Shown: positions 40,937 through 55,959, numbered from the stretch's first letter. The stretch is 64,000 bases of DNA from Lytechinus pictus (GCF_037042905.1 NC_087252.1:12154001-12218000), one strand, 5' to 3'. Numbers and translations are program-made. The notes: generated from the letters alone by a model not told the origin.

Positions 40937-41579
40937 TTGAGATCAGAGTGATAGTAACCAATCCAATAATCCTGGTAACAAAGAAACATTCAGTATCAAA
41001 ATGTAAGATAGTTGCAGTCAGTGAGACAAATTGTTTTTAAGACATTTCTGACGTGTCTCAAACACATTGATGTTATAATGGTGACGGTGAGATTTATTCG
41101 CTTACTTTCGCTAGCCTATGCCGTTAAGCACATTTCAAAAGTACATGTGCGACTTAATGTCTTAGGTTGTCAGCGGTCGAAAATGAAAGTACGATATTTC
41201 ATGTATCAAATATATAGTTGCATTTGTTCGGACGATAGAGTGTGCTCTTTCCCACAGCCGGTTTAATGTCGAGGTTGCTTAACCGAGCATACAGTGGATT
41301 GGGAACGCGTCCAGAGAACTGTCACGACACATACGCTTCGGGATGACCTTAGGCAATGACATCATCGCACCGCCATCTTAGAGGGCTTAGCCTTAAATGC
41401 CTTGTTGATCTTCAGCTGACGCAAACAATAAAACCAACAATTGTTTGAATGTTTGACACATGCGATTCTTATGAGATGACTTTGATAAATTGTAAATAGG
41501 ATCTCATTCATTTTATTTCGATTTTTCTATCGAAACTTTTTTTTTTTTTTTTTTTGCATTTTGGTGACCCCTGAAAGTT

Positions 41580-43440
41580 CGATCAGGGGAAGTCACATCT
41601 CCCCTTAATGTTAGCTAAGCGCAAATGCATACCAGTCATTCTGTCTAATATGAAACATAATTTGTTTTATTCCTACCGAATTGATTTATTTATTTCTACA
41701 ACTTGCTGGCTGCGATGGCTTCCAGTACCAGCAGAGAAAAAAGAAAAGAAGTGGGGAACATTATGATGAGATCTGGATATACGATAGAGATTATAAACCA
41801 ATTAGATATTACTGCAGACAACATGAAATTCCTTTTTGCCGTCTATGAACTACACCAAATCACAAAAAAAACATGAGAGGTAAAGAATATCCAGAATTTA
41901 ACTTCCGACTGCAGGAACAATTTGAGTAAGAAACAGCACAAGATCGAAGAAGCAGAATCACATTCTATAAACCGTTGAATCCACGATCGCGACCGAAGAG
42001 GCCTCGATAAGTAAGCATCTCCAGGCAGTCAATGATGACTTTGAGGTTGCTTCCAAGGAGGAGTTAATTGTCCACGGAACAAAGAGAATAGAATGATCAA
42101 CGTGATCAACGATAAAGAGGAGCTGGAAATCTCTAATACAAGAGGTAATAGGAAAGAACGTGTCGACATATGGAAGGTTGAAACAGCGAAGCGAGAGAGA
42201 ATCATCAAAACCGAGAAGAAATTCTCCTTTCAGATGTGATGGCAATTAGCGAAATCATTTCTAAAAGGATCAAGGAAATTACTAACCGAACTATGCATAA
42301 AATTGATACATTGAAGAATATTCAATCGACTGTCATACAAATTACCATACGCGATAAAACATTGGTGAATCAAACTCCTCAGCTACTAACATTCTCTGAT
42401 GAAACCTATTTGAATGTGTGTGAAGAAGCTGGCGACAACTTTAACCGAATACATCATGAAGTTGAGAGGGTAAAGTTTGTTAAAGGATAATTTTGTGGAT
42501 AATACTGTGGTAGAATTGAAGGGTACATCGGTAAATGGAGACTTGTCAAGCCAATCCATATTCCGCTGGTCGTCGAGAAATAGGGGATTCGTGGATCGAT
42601 CAGTGATAAGGTGTTCACGTGGACGAGGACAGTAACGTCATGTATGCTTCAGATATCACAGGAATCACTCATTAATCATCAGCTACCTCCAATAAACAGT
42701 GACGTGGTAGTCTGTGAAAAGTGGAAACCAGGGGACAGCCTGGATGAAGCATTGTCGATTGGAACTATTGAAATTCGTTTGAATTTCATAATCGATAGGA
42801 TTTTTTTGTTCATTAACTAATTTGTTTATGCGTCAGTCTCTACGACAGAAAGGCAAATGCTTCTAAAAAGTAAAGGTAGGTCTACCTTTCCAAAGTATGA
42901 CAGTTTTGCTAGTAATAATTGCCAGTACGTTGATGTTGACATAACTAGGATGATCCCCACCAATCAAGCCAAATAATACAATATCTGCATTATCAGCCTA
43001 ACCGATTCGAAAATACCAAGTACCATCACAATACAGAGTAAGAAAGTATCTTATATACACGTCTTGCCAACAAGTGATATCGTTGTGAAGTCGGATTTGG
43101 ATGAATTTACTGTCATTTCACAATAAGGGAAGGAAAAAGATGTCATGCACTGCGCTGATTGATTGTATGCACGTAGTCACATGGAAAAACTCACAGAGAC
43201 TCTCTACATACTCTGCATTAGCCAGAGGGATGGGGCGAGTAATAATTGCGTAGTTGATCAGGTTTCTTCGGATAATATCAATCGGGCAAGGATCATTGTG
43301 AAGTATGAGGTATCAGAGTGTGATTATGACCTCAATCCGTGCCTTTGTACCTCTTCTGGTTAGTTTGTAAAGGCTGTGATGGCGACAAGCTCCTTTTGTC
43401 CAAGAAAATGTTCATCGTGTAGTTCATCATTGCCTCTGAG
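41580..43440 (+). pseudogene. Decayed B-box/coiled-coil/putative beta-propeller (TRIM-like) gene copy
   Basis: ORF fragments 42236-42490, 42611-42820 and 43163-43363 are collinear with the 31.6-33.5 kb copy; YYCRQHEIPFCRL motif near 41810. Confidence 0.55.
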
Positions 43441-44312
43441 CGAAAAGCTTATTGACTGCTCGTTGGCCTGATTTATTTTAATGATTGCATTGTTTTTAGT
43501 GAATGGTAAAACGTAAATAGATAATTCCCAAGACCGATCGCCAAGTTTCAGGTTACAATGCCCAGTAAGGTTACTTTCATTTGTTATGATTATCATCATG
43601 GTTACAACAAAATTTATGTCACCAATATGACTCATGTGCATGTAATAGGATAATTTCACGTAGGCCCATATTAAACTGAGGTAAAGTCTCTTGGATGATA
43701 ATCCTATCAATTCTATCGGATGTTTTCAATTGCTTTGTTATCCAATTGTCTTCGGAATAATGGGTTTCACTCTTTAGAATGTATACATAATGTAAAATGT
43801 ATTGCCAGGTATGATGTTTAATAAATAATTCCACATAGCAATACATCCACGGTTATATTTGTAAATAAAAATACCGTCAATATATCGTGGTGTGATCCGT
43901 TGTTAAATCCACTAGACGTAGAAAGCCCATATCCTATCATGCCTTTTTGGTTAATCTGATTCATGCTATTGCCTTCTTATATTTGGTTTTCCCAAAATAA
44001 TGTAGTCTGCATTTGTTTATGTGTGTGTGTCACATGATTGCCGATTTCATAATATTTCAAAGAATCTGCAGTTTTTACAAGCTCTGCTTTTTATGAAGGT
44101 TCCTTCACAGTTCACAACTCAGTTATTGTTATGAGCACATACAGTCATTCATTATTTTAACACACTGTATTCTGTATTATTATCATTAAATGCATTTTTT
44201 TGTATTGTGTTGATATTCCGTTATTTATTTTGTGAAATATGACAATAAAATGAAATCTGATTCGACTTACCGACATTATTTCTGCATGTCCAGCTCTGGT
44301 GCATTTAGGTTT

Positions 44313-47300
44313 TCAAGCAACGAAGATAGACGTAGATGTCATCTGGTGTTGATTGACGATGAACCAAGAAGGTAGATCGGGTCTAACTGCAGTGTAAAGT
44401 TAATTAATTTTGAAAATAATTGATAGTTAGCAAAGTAGTTTATCTAAGTAAGTCTATTGACACAACAGGTGGATTATATTTATCTCATTTATAAAATTCA
44501 ATTAAGAATTAATTCAAAAGACGATAACTGAGCTGGCCAAGAAACATTTCTGTTTTGCATAAATAAGCTATAGATATCAACAAAATCTACCAATTCCCCG
44601 AAAAGATACTACACAAAAGTTACAAACATATCCTAGAATTATGCATCATTCTATGGAGTTCCTTGCTTCAAAAATATAATTTTGAAAACGTCGAAAATCA
44701 TATTGATATGATACAGAATAACTAGGCACCTGTTATGTTTAGAACCATGCTATCATTCGCAGACCATGTGGTGGATAATGTAGGTAGAACTGCCAGGCAC
44801 AGAAGATGTTTCCCATGGTCTAACCTCTTTGGTATGAAAGTCAAAGTACTTTCAGCATCATGTCGACCTGCATCATTTTCACTAATATTCAGGGATGAAT
44901 GACCTGTCATATTTCTTGATCCTATGTACCAGTTAATACGAGGAGCTGGATACCCATTAGCAGCCTTGCAGATCACGGTGACTTTTATCCCTTCTTTTAT
45001 TTCAGCAGGGAAAGACATAACGACCTCATCCGGTGGTGCTGTAAACGGTTAAGAGAAATGCAAAAAGCGACACGTTCTATTACAACTTCAAAATCATTAG
45101 CGGACATGGGTGGTCTGCTTGATGAAGCTTTTTTTTTCAGAAAAATAAACATGCTGGCTTAATCTATTACATATGTTGCTTTCCCAAACGCCCATTCTAG
45201 AAGATCATAAATATATCAACCACAACTAAAAGACATCCAATTGTTATAGCAATAGATACTACTCACACACACCTCCCTGGTTATATAGCTTAGCAACGTA
45301 TTAGTAACTAACTGCCCCAGACACGTCTTTAAAATGCCAACAGAGACATACACACATTTATATATAATTGAGATAAAATATACACTTACCATACGTTGAT
45401 ATTGTAACATAGTGTCGTTCGATAACATATTCACCCAGATATACATAGCACCAGAGAATCAACCCTTGATACTTCCTATATAGATGCAACTTGTAAGTAC
45501 TAAAGGTATCAAACAGACTGTCGTCTACAGGATTTTGAGTCTTCGACAGACTAATACTTCCAGGAGGAATACCAGGGTCGTCAATTATCCATGTCAGTTG
45601 AACCGCCGGTCGTGATCCAATACTTTGATAGGTGATTGAAGCCGATGAACCTTCTTGGACGTAAATAACTGTTGATGATGTCTGGTGGTATTTGTCATTT
45701 CCAGATTGAAAGATTGTCGTGCTAGAGGGAAGAACTTTATAGGAAAGGTGAAATAAAGATGGAAGAGGGTATAATGTATGTCAATTTGAATTTGTCTTGG
45801 TTTATAACAGTCAACTAATAACATTTTATGATTTGTGCAATGATGAGAATCAAACCTTCACTTTGACATCGAATAATTCAACCAATATCAAGCGAACTAC
45901 ATGGGTTAGATTTTATGGATTAACATTTAGTGGAACATGAAAAACACAGACTCATCTATAAACAGTATTACCCCACACTGAGGATTAAAAGGTAATGAAA
46001 ATTTCTTTATTGCCCTTTGATGCCCTATTAGATACTGGAACAGACACTTTGGACTTTTATTTTCCTTCAATGACGTTGACATACCGTTAACATTGAGGTA
46101 AACAATACACTGACGATCACTCTGGAGTGTTTGATGTGACGCAAAACAGCTGATATCCTTTCCTTGATCATTCGCAGAGGGCGTGATGGTAACAACCTTC
46201 CGAGACGTGTAGATGTTGCCTTTAACCACGTTAGTCTGATCTTGTTGGTTGGAAATAAGATCATCTGGTACAACCCAGTTAAGGACTGCAGCAGGCCTTG
46301 CTTGCGATGCTGTACATGTTAAAACATTTGGCTCTCCTGCAATTACCGTTCTAGAGGTGTTATCGGAGCAAAGACGGATTGATCTATCGGTAACTATGAT
46401 TACTGTAGGCGAAGCTGTGAAAGATAGAAAATTAGTGAGGAGTGTACTATTACAGCTATACACAATTTTTCACTATAAGTTCAATGTGTGTGCAGGTGTG
46501 CGTGTTTATTGATTTCTTAGAAAGGTAGGCTTCACAATCCGGATGCTTTTAAAAAAAAACGTCTTTTCAACTACTGTTTCCGAAACAAATTTATGAATTA
46601 TATTTTTTGTCACATCATGGGCACTGATAAAAGTCTGACTTTTTCTTTCATTTTTGAGAGCTACGCTCCTTTTAGAATATGCGATTCTATTTCTACGCCA
46701 TATGTATCATTCATTTTCTATTATCTGTTATCTATGTTACATGTACGTTGAATAAAAGTACATTTGTGGATGTCGATAAAGCTTGAATTCCTAATATTGT
46801 ATAATAAAAAGTATTTAATGGTTGTTATGGTTGTGTGCTGATGAATTTGTTTAGCTTTGTTTATTAGTTTATTTCCTTTCTTAGCGTTCGGTTGAGCAGC
46901 GAGTAATCACGTTTCACATACTTCAATAAACTTTATGTTTAATTCTTTTCTAAATATAGCCATGAATAAATATCGTACTGTGTACTATTTCTAGTCAATT
47001 TTTGTCAATGTCCAATGGGGTTCAATTGAATATTTATTATTTTTGAAACAATTACTGAACCTGATAATAATGGTGTTACGTGCATTCCCCTTGATACTGT
47101 AATGTCGGGAAAGGCAGTTTGGCGGACAGCACATCTGTAATGACCGCCGTCGTCACCAACCAGCTGTTTTATCGTAAGATTAGCACTGGAGTCGTCTGCC
47201 AACAAGCTGATTTTCCATTGGTCTTGAACAGTAAACCTACAGGTCCGATCTTCCCTACAATCACATGTTGCGAGTGATTCACCATCCTTCTGCCACGTGA

Positions 47301-48033
47301 TCTCCCTATTTTTGGCCTGTAGTGTGTACGTGCAGACCAATGTAAAATCCTCGCCAATCACTGGAAGATACTTGCCTCTCTTGATTGACACATCAAATCC
47401 TTCTGTTTCTGCGAGATCGATAGACAATATTTTGCCAATGAAGATATTTCGGCTGGCGTAATTTTTCCCAAATTAATGCAATGAAAATGATTTGCTTCCA
47501 GTGAGTTTGCAGGGGCATCATTATAAATTATTCATTTGTTAATATAACTGCTCATTCAATGTTTTATTTTCTTTTATTTCCAATCTTTCTAATATTTTAG
47601 TTCATTATTTATTTCACTAGTTATTCATTTCATAAACGTTATAATGCATTATACATTGATTAATTGAGGCCACGGGTATCTATTCAGAAGGATGGAGTGT
47701 TGTAAATATTACCAGATGCTCATGACCGGGAATGTTTTTGTCCTTTGGTCATCCTCTTACGGAATCGAAGGATTCTGTTCTACAAAATATGTCAGTAAGC
47801 CACTTTGCATATGGAATGTGAGCACATGAAGATGTGTTGCAATATAATATTGTCATATAAATGTACTTATAATGTACACACAGTGAACCTTTTATTGATT
47901 ACGGTGCTCGTGTAATCGTCAACGTAAAATGGGTCAAATATAAATATAGCAACGTAAACCTACCACAACTGACATGACTGAAGATCGTTAGAACAAGAAC
48001 AACCACAGCATATCCACAAGCACTTGTCATCAT
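44313..48033 (-). CDS. IgSF cassette A3: open L-V-C-C-C plus FN3-like stub
   Basis: Leader 48033-47964 (MMTSACGYAVVVLVLTIFSHVSC); V 47408-47061; C1 46414-46085; C2 45734-45390 (open, first Ig Cys is Tyr; missed by the ORF track); C3 45038-44730; stub 44386-44271 with TGA at 44315-44313. Confidence 0.87.
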
Positions 48034-48417
48034 GTCGAATCTGGCTGTACGAAGACTTGCTTTCAGAACGACATGAAATCCAACAATGGCAAATAAACTC
48101 TTGTAAAGTCAAACTTGTAGGAGGCTCCCAGATGCTGTACACTCCGGGAAAAAATCGCTGGTATTGTGTCAAACGAGTGCTACTGGTTTCCTTCTCAACT
48201 CCTGATTCGGTTTCGTGATGTGCTATTTAACATTAATGAGTAATATCTAGAGCATGTGTGGTCCTAGAGGTCGCCATTTCCCTTCGCAGCAGGATAGTAA
48301 AGATTACTACTAGTTCAAAATGCTCGAGTAACACGTTCACAGCTGGCGCTGGTGATAAACTAATTTTTCAACGTTACAATCTGATATGAAGCACACACTA
48401 GAAATAACATCATCATC

Positions 48418-48571
48418 ACTAGCCGCGGAAACGGGGGAGGGGCTGTGTGGACTTCAGCCCCCGCATTTTTTTCCAAAACCGTGTACAAAAACGTAAAAAT
48501 GACCATCTGATTATGATTCTTTGCATGGTTGCCCCCCCCCCCCAACTTCCAAAACCCTTCAGCGGTCCCTG
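48418..48571. mobile_element. MITE-like element upstream of A3
   Basis: Diverged copy of 3444-3601 at the same relative position. Confidence 0.6.
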
Positions 48572-49328
48572 ATCATTATCATTTGCAGTTTAAACTACAA
48601 GGGATCAGATAGGTATCCATGTTTGGACTTTTGGATAGGAGATGGGTACTTTTAATGATCAACGTCTATCATGTTCTCGACATAAATAGTGAACTTAAAG
48701 CAACCTCTACATTGTTTTATATTCGTAATATTCGTATTGTCAGTGAATGTTACTGGGCAGTTCACATTCGGAGGGTGGGACAAAATAAGTCAAAACATAT
48801 GAGCGGCAGTAGATGATGAATATGGCGTACGGGGCACAGATTTTTTGAAGGTCAGGGAAGAGCGACGCGAGCGAGCGAACGAGAAATCGACCTTACAGAA
48901 ATAAAATTCCGAAGACATCCTCGATGTGTTCAAAACACATTGAAGGAATAATGATGACGATGAGATTTGTTCGATTACTTTCAATCGTCCATGCCGTTAA
49001 GCACATTACGATAGCATGTCTTAAGTTGCCAACGGTCGAAAATGAAAGTACGATGTTATTTATATTAAGTATAAAGCTAAATTTCCATGGTCTGGCGACA
49101 GAGTGTACTCTTTTTCCTATCATATTGGAAGTTGAGCTTTGAGGATGGCGTGCAAATAACTGTCACGACAAATACTCTTAAGGATGGGCTCCAATACGCG
49201 ATCAATCCGAGATACTTCAGAGAACCTGTTCGTTCCTAAAGCATTTATTGCTTTAAAAATTCATATTGATCCTATTCAACACCGTTAACTATTAACATGC
49301 CACTATAGCCAATCGGCACAAAATAATA

Positions 49329-49342
49329 CCCCCCCCCCCCCC

Positions 49343-49424
<82 letters not shown>

Positions 49425-49425
49425 A
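49329..49425 (+). repeat. Poly-C / poly-A / (TAAA)n low-complexity tract
   Basis: Directly visible in the sequence. Confidence 0.9.
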
Positions 49426-51467
49426 TATGTTAGATCTACAACCAATCTGAGACGTGTCCTTTAACTTAAGACCTTTTGCATTGACGTCATGGCGCGCCGC
49501 CTTCTTAGAGGCTGATGAATTTGCTTTATATGCGTTGTTGCTCTGCAGCTGGCGCATCTCTGACAACTCTGTTTACGTGTATTGCTTATATCCTCTAAGG
49601 GAGGGAGCTATGAGATTGTGACGTAAATTATATAACGTCTATTTTAACGATGCGACATGATCATCCATTTTCCCCGACATCCCTATCTACGAATGCAACA
49701 CTCCTAAGATGGATTGTGTGAAATAATAATTTTCTTTGTGACCCCAGGTATTTTTGCCAAAAGTATTCATAGCAATCCGCTTCCAAAGTCCAAAGTTCAT
49801 CATTGCTACATTTCAAAGCGACGTTTATTCCTTTAACTTGATATATAAATTCAGTCCACATCTATGCAAAATACAAGCAAAGGATCTATTTTTAAGTTTT
49901 GAAATATTATTACTAAAGGTTTTTCCTAAGTTTTTCCAAATTGCATCACAGTAATCAAACATGCTTTGAATCAAACTGTGATAAAATATCAGCGCTGTGA
50001 TTTACTTATAAATGTAGTCGGATTCTTTTCAGAAGGTACTGTTTAAGTGACGTCTTGTTTAAGCTTTTTCTCTATGCTTGCCCCAGTACCAAGGAATATG
50101 ATCATAATTCTTTAGTATTTCATTTGAGTTACTCTTTTGATTATATAAGGACTAGTAAAATTGGGTAGTTCTATCTGTTTTAACAATCGGATGCCTTCTC
50201 CAAACTCACGATTTTCTATATTAAACGCCAGTCTATTCTTCGTTAACAATTTCTTAACTGTAGCAAGATCACCAATTAGATTGTTAACAAGAGTGTTCAC
50301 TTTATTATTTTCCTTTCATATTTTGATAACGGTACTTACAACGTTTCGTTATTTCTATGAACACATTCTCACATTCTCCTGCATTCTCATCATAGTGCTT
50401 GAGTCATCTATAACCCTGCTAGTGCATGGTTTTAATACTCTTGTTTTTATTTTTTTAATTATCAATCCAGCAATATGAGAAACAAACTGAGTAATATTTT
50501 GTCACATAGGCATATACATAGACCACTGTTGAAATAAAGAGACTACAATTGTATTATGAACACTGATATGCTGAACCTGCATGTGTACATACCTTACATT
50601 TAATATTAGATATATAATTTTTAATAGGTGCATAGGGTTCACCGCATAGATGGTGAATAGTTCACAGAAGTATCATACCTCCTATTAATTGGTAGGGGTA
50701 CTCATTAAACAAAATAATATCTCATGTTTGATTGGACAAATATTTACGGATTTTATCAGCATTATCAGATTATGTGCAAATAGAGAATAATTACTTTGAT
50801 CAGTATTGTTGAGAAATTGGATACACAAACTCACAAATCAAATAATTGAAATAATGATACGTTGGAAGTTCAACATTTTGTTATTTTGTTTACACAAGTA
50901 AAATTTAAAAAAATAAATAAACCGTTTGAATATATGTTAGTTTTGAGTGTCAGACATTCTTCTGTAAAATGTTCTGACCTAGAGGGCAGAGCCTAAAGGT
51001 ATATTTTCACGTCGTTATTAACGTTAATGTTAAAAACTACAAAACAGTAATGAATAATCGGTAAAAACATGCACTTTGGAATTTTCGAACTACTCTCCCA
51101 AAGCAACCTTTCAATATGATAGTAAGGCACCCTGCGTAACACTAGCAATTATGTTTACCATATTAAGAACCGTACACAGAAATGGAAGCATTTGCCCCCT
51201 CCCCCCATTAACTTTAGAAAACCTAAATTTTCTTAATGATATTTTTCATAAACATCACCAAAATTGTGCAAGAAATCCTTCATTTTCACTTTAAACGTGT
51301 CAAAACCTTCCCATGATAAGTTGCCTCCTCCCTTCTTTCGATTTTTTTCCAAAAAAAATTAGTCTTGCCTCCCTCCCCGGAAAAAAAAAATCATCCTTTA
51401 CTGCCATGATAAACTGTGCCTTAAGGATGGTGATTAGGCATGGTTGATTGGAACTGTTGTATTCCAT

Positions 51468-54400
51468 TTAAATTTCGTTGTCGATATTTTTTTCATTCCT
51501 CCGTTTTTGTAATTCCTGAATGATCTGCCATGAATAATGTGTCATTACTGCCAACGGCCTCCTACGCTCGCATGGGTTATTCACGGACGGCACAGTGGAT
51601 AACATAGGTTGAACTCTCTGACAGAAGATACGTTTCCCATGATTTAACTTATTTGGTATGAAGATCAGAGTGCTTACAACATCATATCGTTCAGCGCTGT
51701 TGACTGAGATCTTAAGAGATGAGCTATTCGTGACATTTCTTGATCCGATGTACCAATGTAGTAGCGGAGCCGGGTATCCGTTACGAGCTTTACAGGTTAC
51801 GTTAGTCTCTCTGCCTTCGAGCATATCACCTGGGACAGTCATTACGACTTCGTCTTGTAGCCCTTCATAGAAACATAAAACCATTTTTGAAAATTAATCT
51901 TTCAGCTAAAGAAATAACCATGTTTTTTTACAGAGCCCGGACAGTTTATTGGGGAATCGAATGAACTATGGTTAAATCATCAATAACAACAATGATGATC
52001 ATTCGTTTCATTTAGGCATTGGAGTAAACAACTACCTTGCAATTCTCGTCAGGCTCGTCAAATTATACTACAATAATTTTTATTGAATAGTCTTACTATT
52101 TTATCAGTTCTATTTTCCAATATTACTACTTGCTTCTAAAATCATTATGGGATAACAACTCACCGTTAACAATTAGTCTCACTGCCACCATTTTAACAAA
52201 TAAGGCATCGTCTATATCGGAGGAACACAGAATGTGCATTCCATGATTTGTGACGTTGGGCATTATGGTTATGGTACTTACAGTGTCAAATAAAGCGTCG
52301 TCTAAAACACTCATATTACTTGATACATTTGCACGGATCGACGTCCTGTCAAGGTCGCCAACTAACCAAAATGATAGTGCGGTCGCTGGGAATGACCCGA
52401 TGCTTTTACAAGTGATTGAAGTCGGTGAATCTTCTTGAACGTATAGGACTGTTGATTGTGACTGGTTACCTCCAGTTGGAAAGAGGAGCACACTGGTTGG
52501 TAGAACTGGATGCATGACAAATTAGAAAAGAAGGGTGAGAGAAATAGGGAGAAATTTGGAAAGAAGTACTATATATTATGCGACCGGCCCTTTTCGGAAA
52601 GAAGTTCAGAAACCTCATGATACCATGCTAATAAAAAAAATCAGAAGATGATATGATTAGTCAATTAATGTACTCAGTATCACAGGTCTGCTAAATGGTG
52701 CTTAGAAGCAGCACCTGGTTCGATGCAAAGTGTCAGCATATTCAGACTATTTTGGATTAACAGTGTATTACACAAAAAAACAGCAAGTACTAAAAAACTA
52801 GTAATAGCAACATCATGTATATGAATGAAAGCTTACTCATGAAAAATACATACCACGAACATTCAGAGTAACTAAGTATCTAATTCTCCTTTGTAGATCT
52901 TGATGTGATACGATGCAGCTGATGATATTTCCGTGATCGTTTCTGGTTGGTGTGATTGTCAAAGATTTCTGGGATGTGTAATATCCGTCTTGAATGTCAT
53001 CAGACTGATCGTAATCAACAACGGTCACGTCCTCTGGTATTAGCCATTGCAGAACAGCAGGAGGTCTTGCTCTATTTACCCCACAGGTGATGTTATACGG
53101 ATCTCCAGCAGTTATACTTATGTTAGCGTAGTTCAAGTACTGCCAGCCCGATTGGGTATCAGATACAAAGACCCTTGCTGGTGGAACTGGAGGAAAAGAA
53201 AGCGTTTTTATTCAGGATTAAAATCCAAATGTAACAGTTCTTCTAACTTTCCTATTTTTACATGTCTTATGCTTCAGTTATTATCAATCAATATCATTGA
53301 TTGGTTTTCTTACAATCTTAATTAGCTGCCTTTTCGTGTCTTTTACAGTATAGCTTACGAAATTTATCTGATACTATGGACATCTAACAGCTCAATGAAT
53401 ATATCCCTATAGCTATCTTCAGTAGATAGTAAATACCTACGACTGCATTGCTCTGACGTTGTCCTTGGCATGGGCAGTAGTAATGCTACCAGAATGCCCT
53501 CCTAAATTGCTCTTATCACAAACTACGTGTACTATTAAAGAATGTCATTTGCATTGTGTAAACACTGCAATTTTCGATTTCTGTCTTGTTCATATTTTAT
53601 TTTTCATATATATTATAGAGAGTAAAGTTTACTTCTATGTCAACATAGAGTGGTGTGTCTTAGCATTTCATGTATTGGTAATCTGTGAAGTCTCATACAT
53701 AAACCAACTTCTCAACAGGGATGTATAGCCAACGTTACCAAGAATTTAAACGTGTGTATAACCTTATTATAACGAGCTAATAAGTAAGATGGCCATTGTA
53801 TGAAATTACACAGGCGAGATGAGGATGATCGGATCCCTGAAGTAATGACTGTCTGGATAAGCGTAGAAATACACTAAATTCTACATTGGTGAGAAACGTA
53901 TAATCAGAACAATCCTGAAAGAGTGGTCGAATTTGATTTCGAAACTTCTTTTTTATTTGGTTATGAAAAATATGGTTTTCAACCTTCATAGTACCTGGAT
54001 TTAGTGCTTCCAAATGTTCATTCGCTGAACGTTGCCCATCTAGGTTAAAAACATCGCATGTGTATCTCCCATTGTCACCAGTGGTCAAATTGACTATTGT
54101 AAGGGATGTGCTGCGGTCATCTCCCATTAACTTGTACTTTGTAGGATTAGGAATAGTAGTTGTGCATTCACTCGTAGTTGTGCACGATTCATAAGCTACC
54201 TGGATGCCCTCATGTCTCCAATGTACTGTACGATCATTTAAAGGAGGCGAATAGATGCACGTCATCGTAAAATCTTCTCCTTTGACGGGTAGGTACAACC
54301 TCGGTTGGAAAGAAATCGTTCCTGAAGACAAGGAGGAGGGGGAGCCTGCAAATAGATTGGGTAGGATTTTTTTTTTAACAATCGTTGTAATGATGAATTC

Positions 54401-55078
54401 GTTGATTATCCATAGTACTTTACAAGATGGCATCTGTTTTAGAATATCAATAGGTGCAAAGTTGCGCTCTTCAAGATTCGCACGGATATTTTGACTCAAG
54501 TGGTGCAAATTTTCACTTGTTTTAGTTTTTGCTGCAAGTTTCTTTATTCAGGTATTTTACATCTTTATACAGAAAAACTTATTCATCTCTAGATTATGAA
54601 TCATGAGCACAAATTAAAAAACAGGCTTAAATTGGTCCCTGTTAGAGGTTATATAAATTATTATCATGTACATTGCACTTTTTTTCGGATTGTACCTTTG
54701 TGAACCTAATGTTTATGTATTTTATGCAGTTAATACGTCATCTCCAGATTCATAAGCTCATTAAGCGCATTCTGAGAAAAATATCAGAAGTAAGAATGGA
54801 AGAAAGCATTTTATTTTTTATTTATTTATTTTTTTTTTTTGGGGGGGGGGGAAACAACCATTTACAGATAGTCTAAATGTAGTGGGCCATAACCTCACTT
54901 CAGATTATCTTACAGAATAGCGGATGACGTCCCCGTGTAATATTGTTTATTTTATTCATAGCCTATATTTACTACAAAGATAAATGCTGCGAGCCAACAT
55001 GAACGGATATATATCTTATAAACTCGACTTACCATTGCCAAGGAAAAGAATAAACAAGCACCAAATATGGTACGCCAT
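51468..55078 (-). CDS. IgSF cassette B5': open L-V-C-C-C, no TM segment, predicted secreted
   Basis: Leader 55078-55033 (MAYHIWCLFILFLGN, donor GTAAGT); V 54345-53995; C1 53186-52854; C2 52505-52164; terminal C3 51862-51468. Confidence 0.88.
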
Positions 55079-55959
55079 TTCAGATCAGAGTGATAGTATC
55101 CAATCCAATAATCCTGGTAACAATGAAACATTCATTATCAAAATATAAGACGGTTGCAGTGTTACATAAGAGTGTTGTTTCTAGAAGACATCCACGATGT
55201 GTCCCAAACACATTGAAGGAATATGATGACAACGAGATTTGTTCGATTACTTTCAATCGTCCATGTCGTTAAGCACACTACGAAAGTACGACTTAATCTT
55301 AAGTCGTCAACGGTCGAAAATGAAAGTACGATGTTATGTCTATTATATTAACTGTATTGCTGCATTTCTATGATCTGCCGAAAGAGTGTGCTCTTTCTCC
55401 TATCCGATTTGAGGTTGATGTTTGCTTAACCTACCAATAGTACCGGCACTAAATAACACATAATTTTTTTTTATCACTCTTGCAACCAATTTGCTTTGAC
55501 ACTTTGAGAGTTAAGGAACTCTTACTCAGACCCCCCCCCCCCCACAACCACACACACACACACAACTTTGAAATTACTATTACACCCAACTGTCGTTTAA
55601 CTTAAGACCTTATGTACTGAAATCATCGCGGCTCCGTCTTAAAGAGGCTGATGCCTTTACCTTTTAATACATGCGTTGGTGATCTGCAGCTGACGCATTT
55701 CTGACATCTCCGTTCAGGCAGGAATATCCCTGGTTCAGTGTGTATTATTCCAGTAAAGGTATAATCATAATTTCTAGGTATTTTTCATTTGAGTTTCTAT
55801 TTTTTATTACATTAGGTCCTATAAAAGTATTTGGTCTACTCCCAATCAATAAAAACTCGCGTATTCAACGCCAATCCATTCTTCATTAACCTTTTGATAA
55901 CTTTTGCAAGATCATCATTAATGTTGTTAACCAGAGTATTCACATTATTTTCTATGTAT

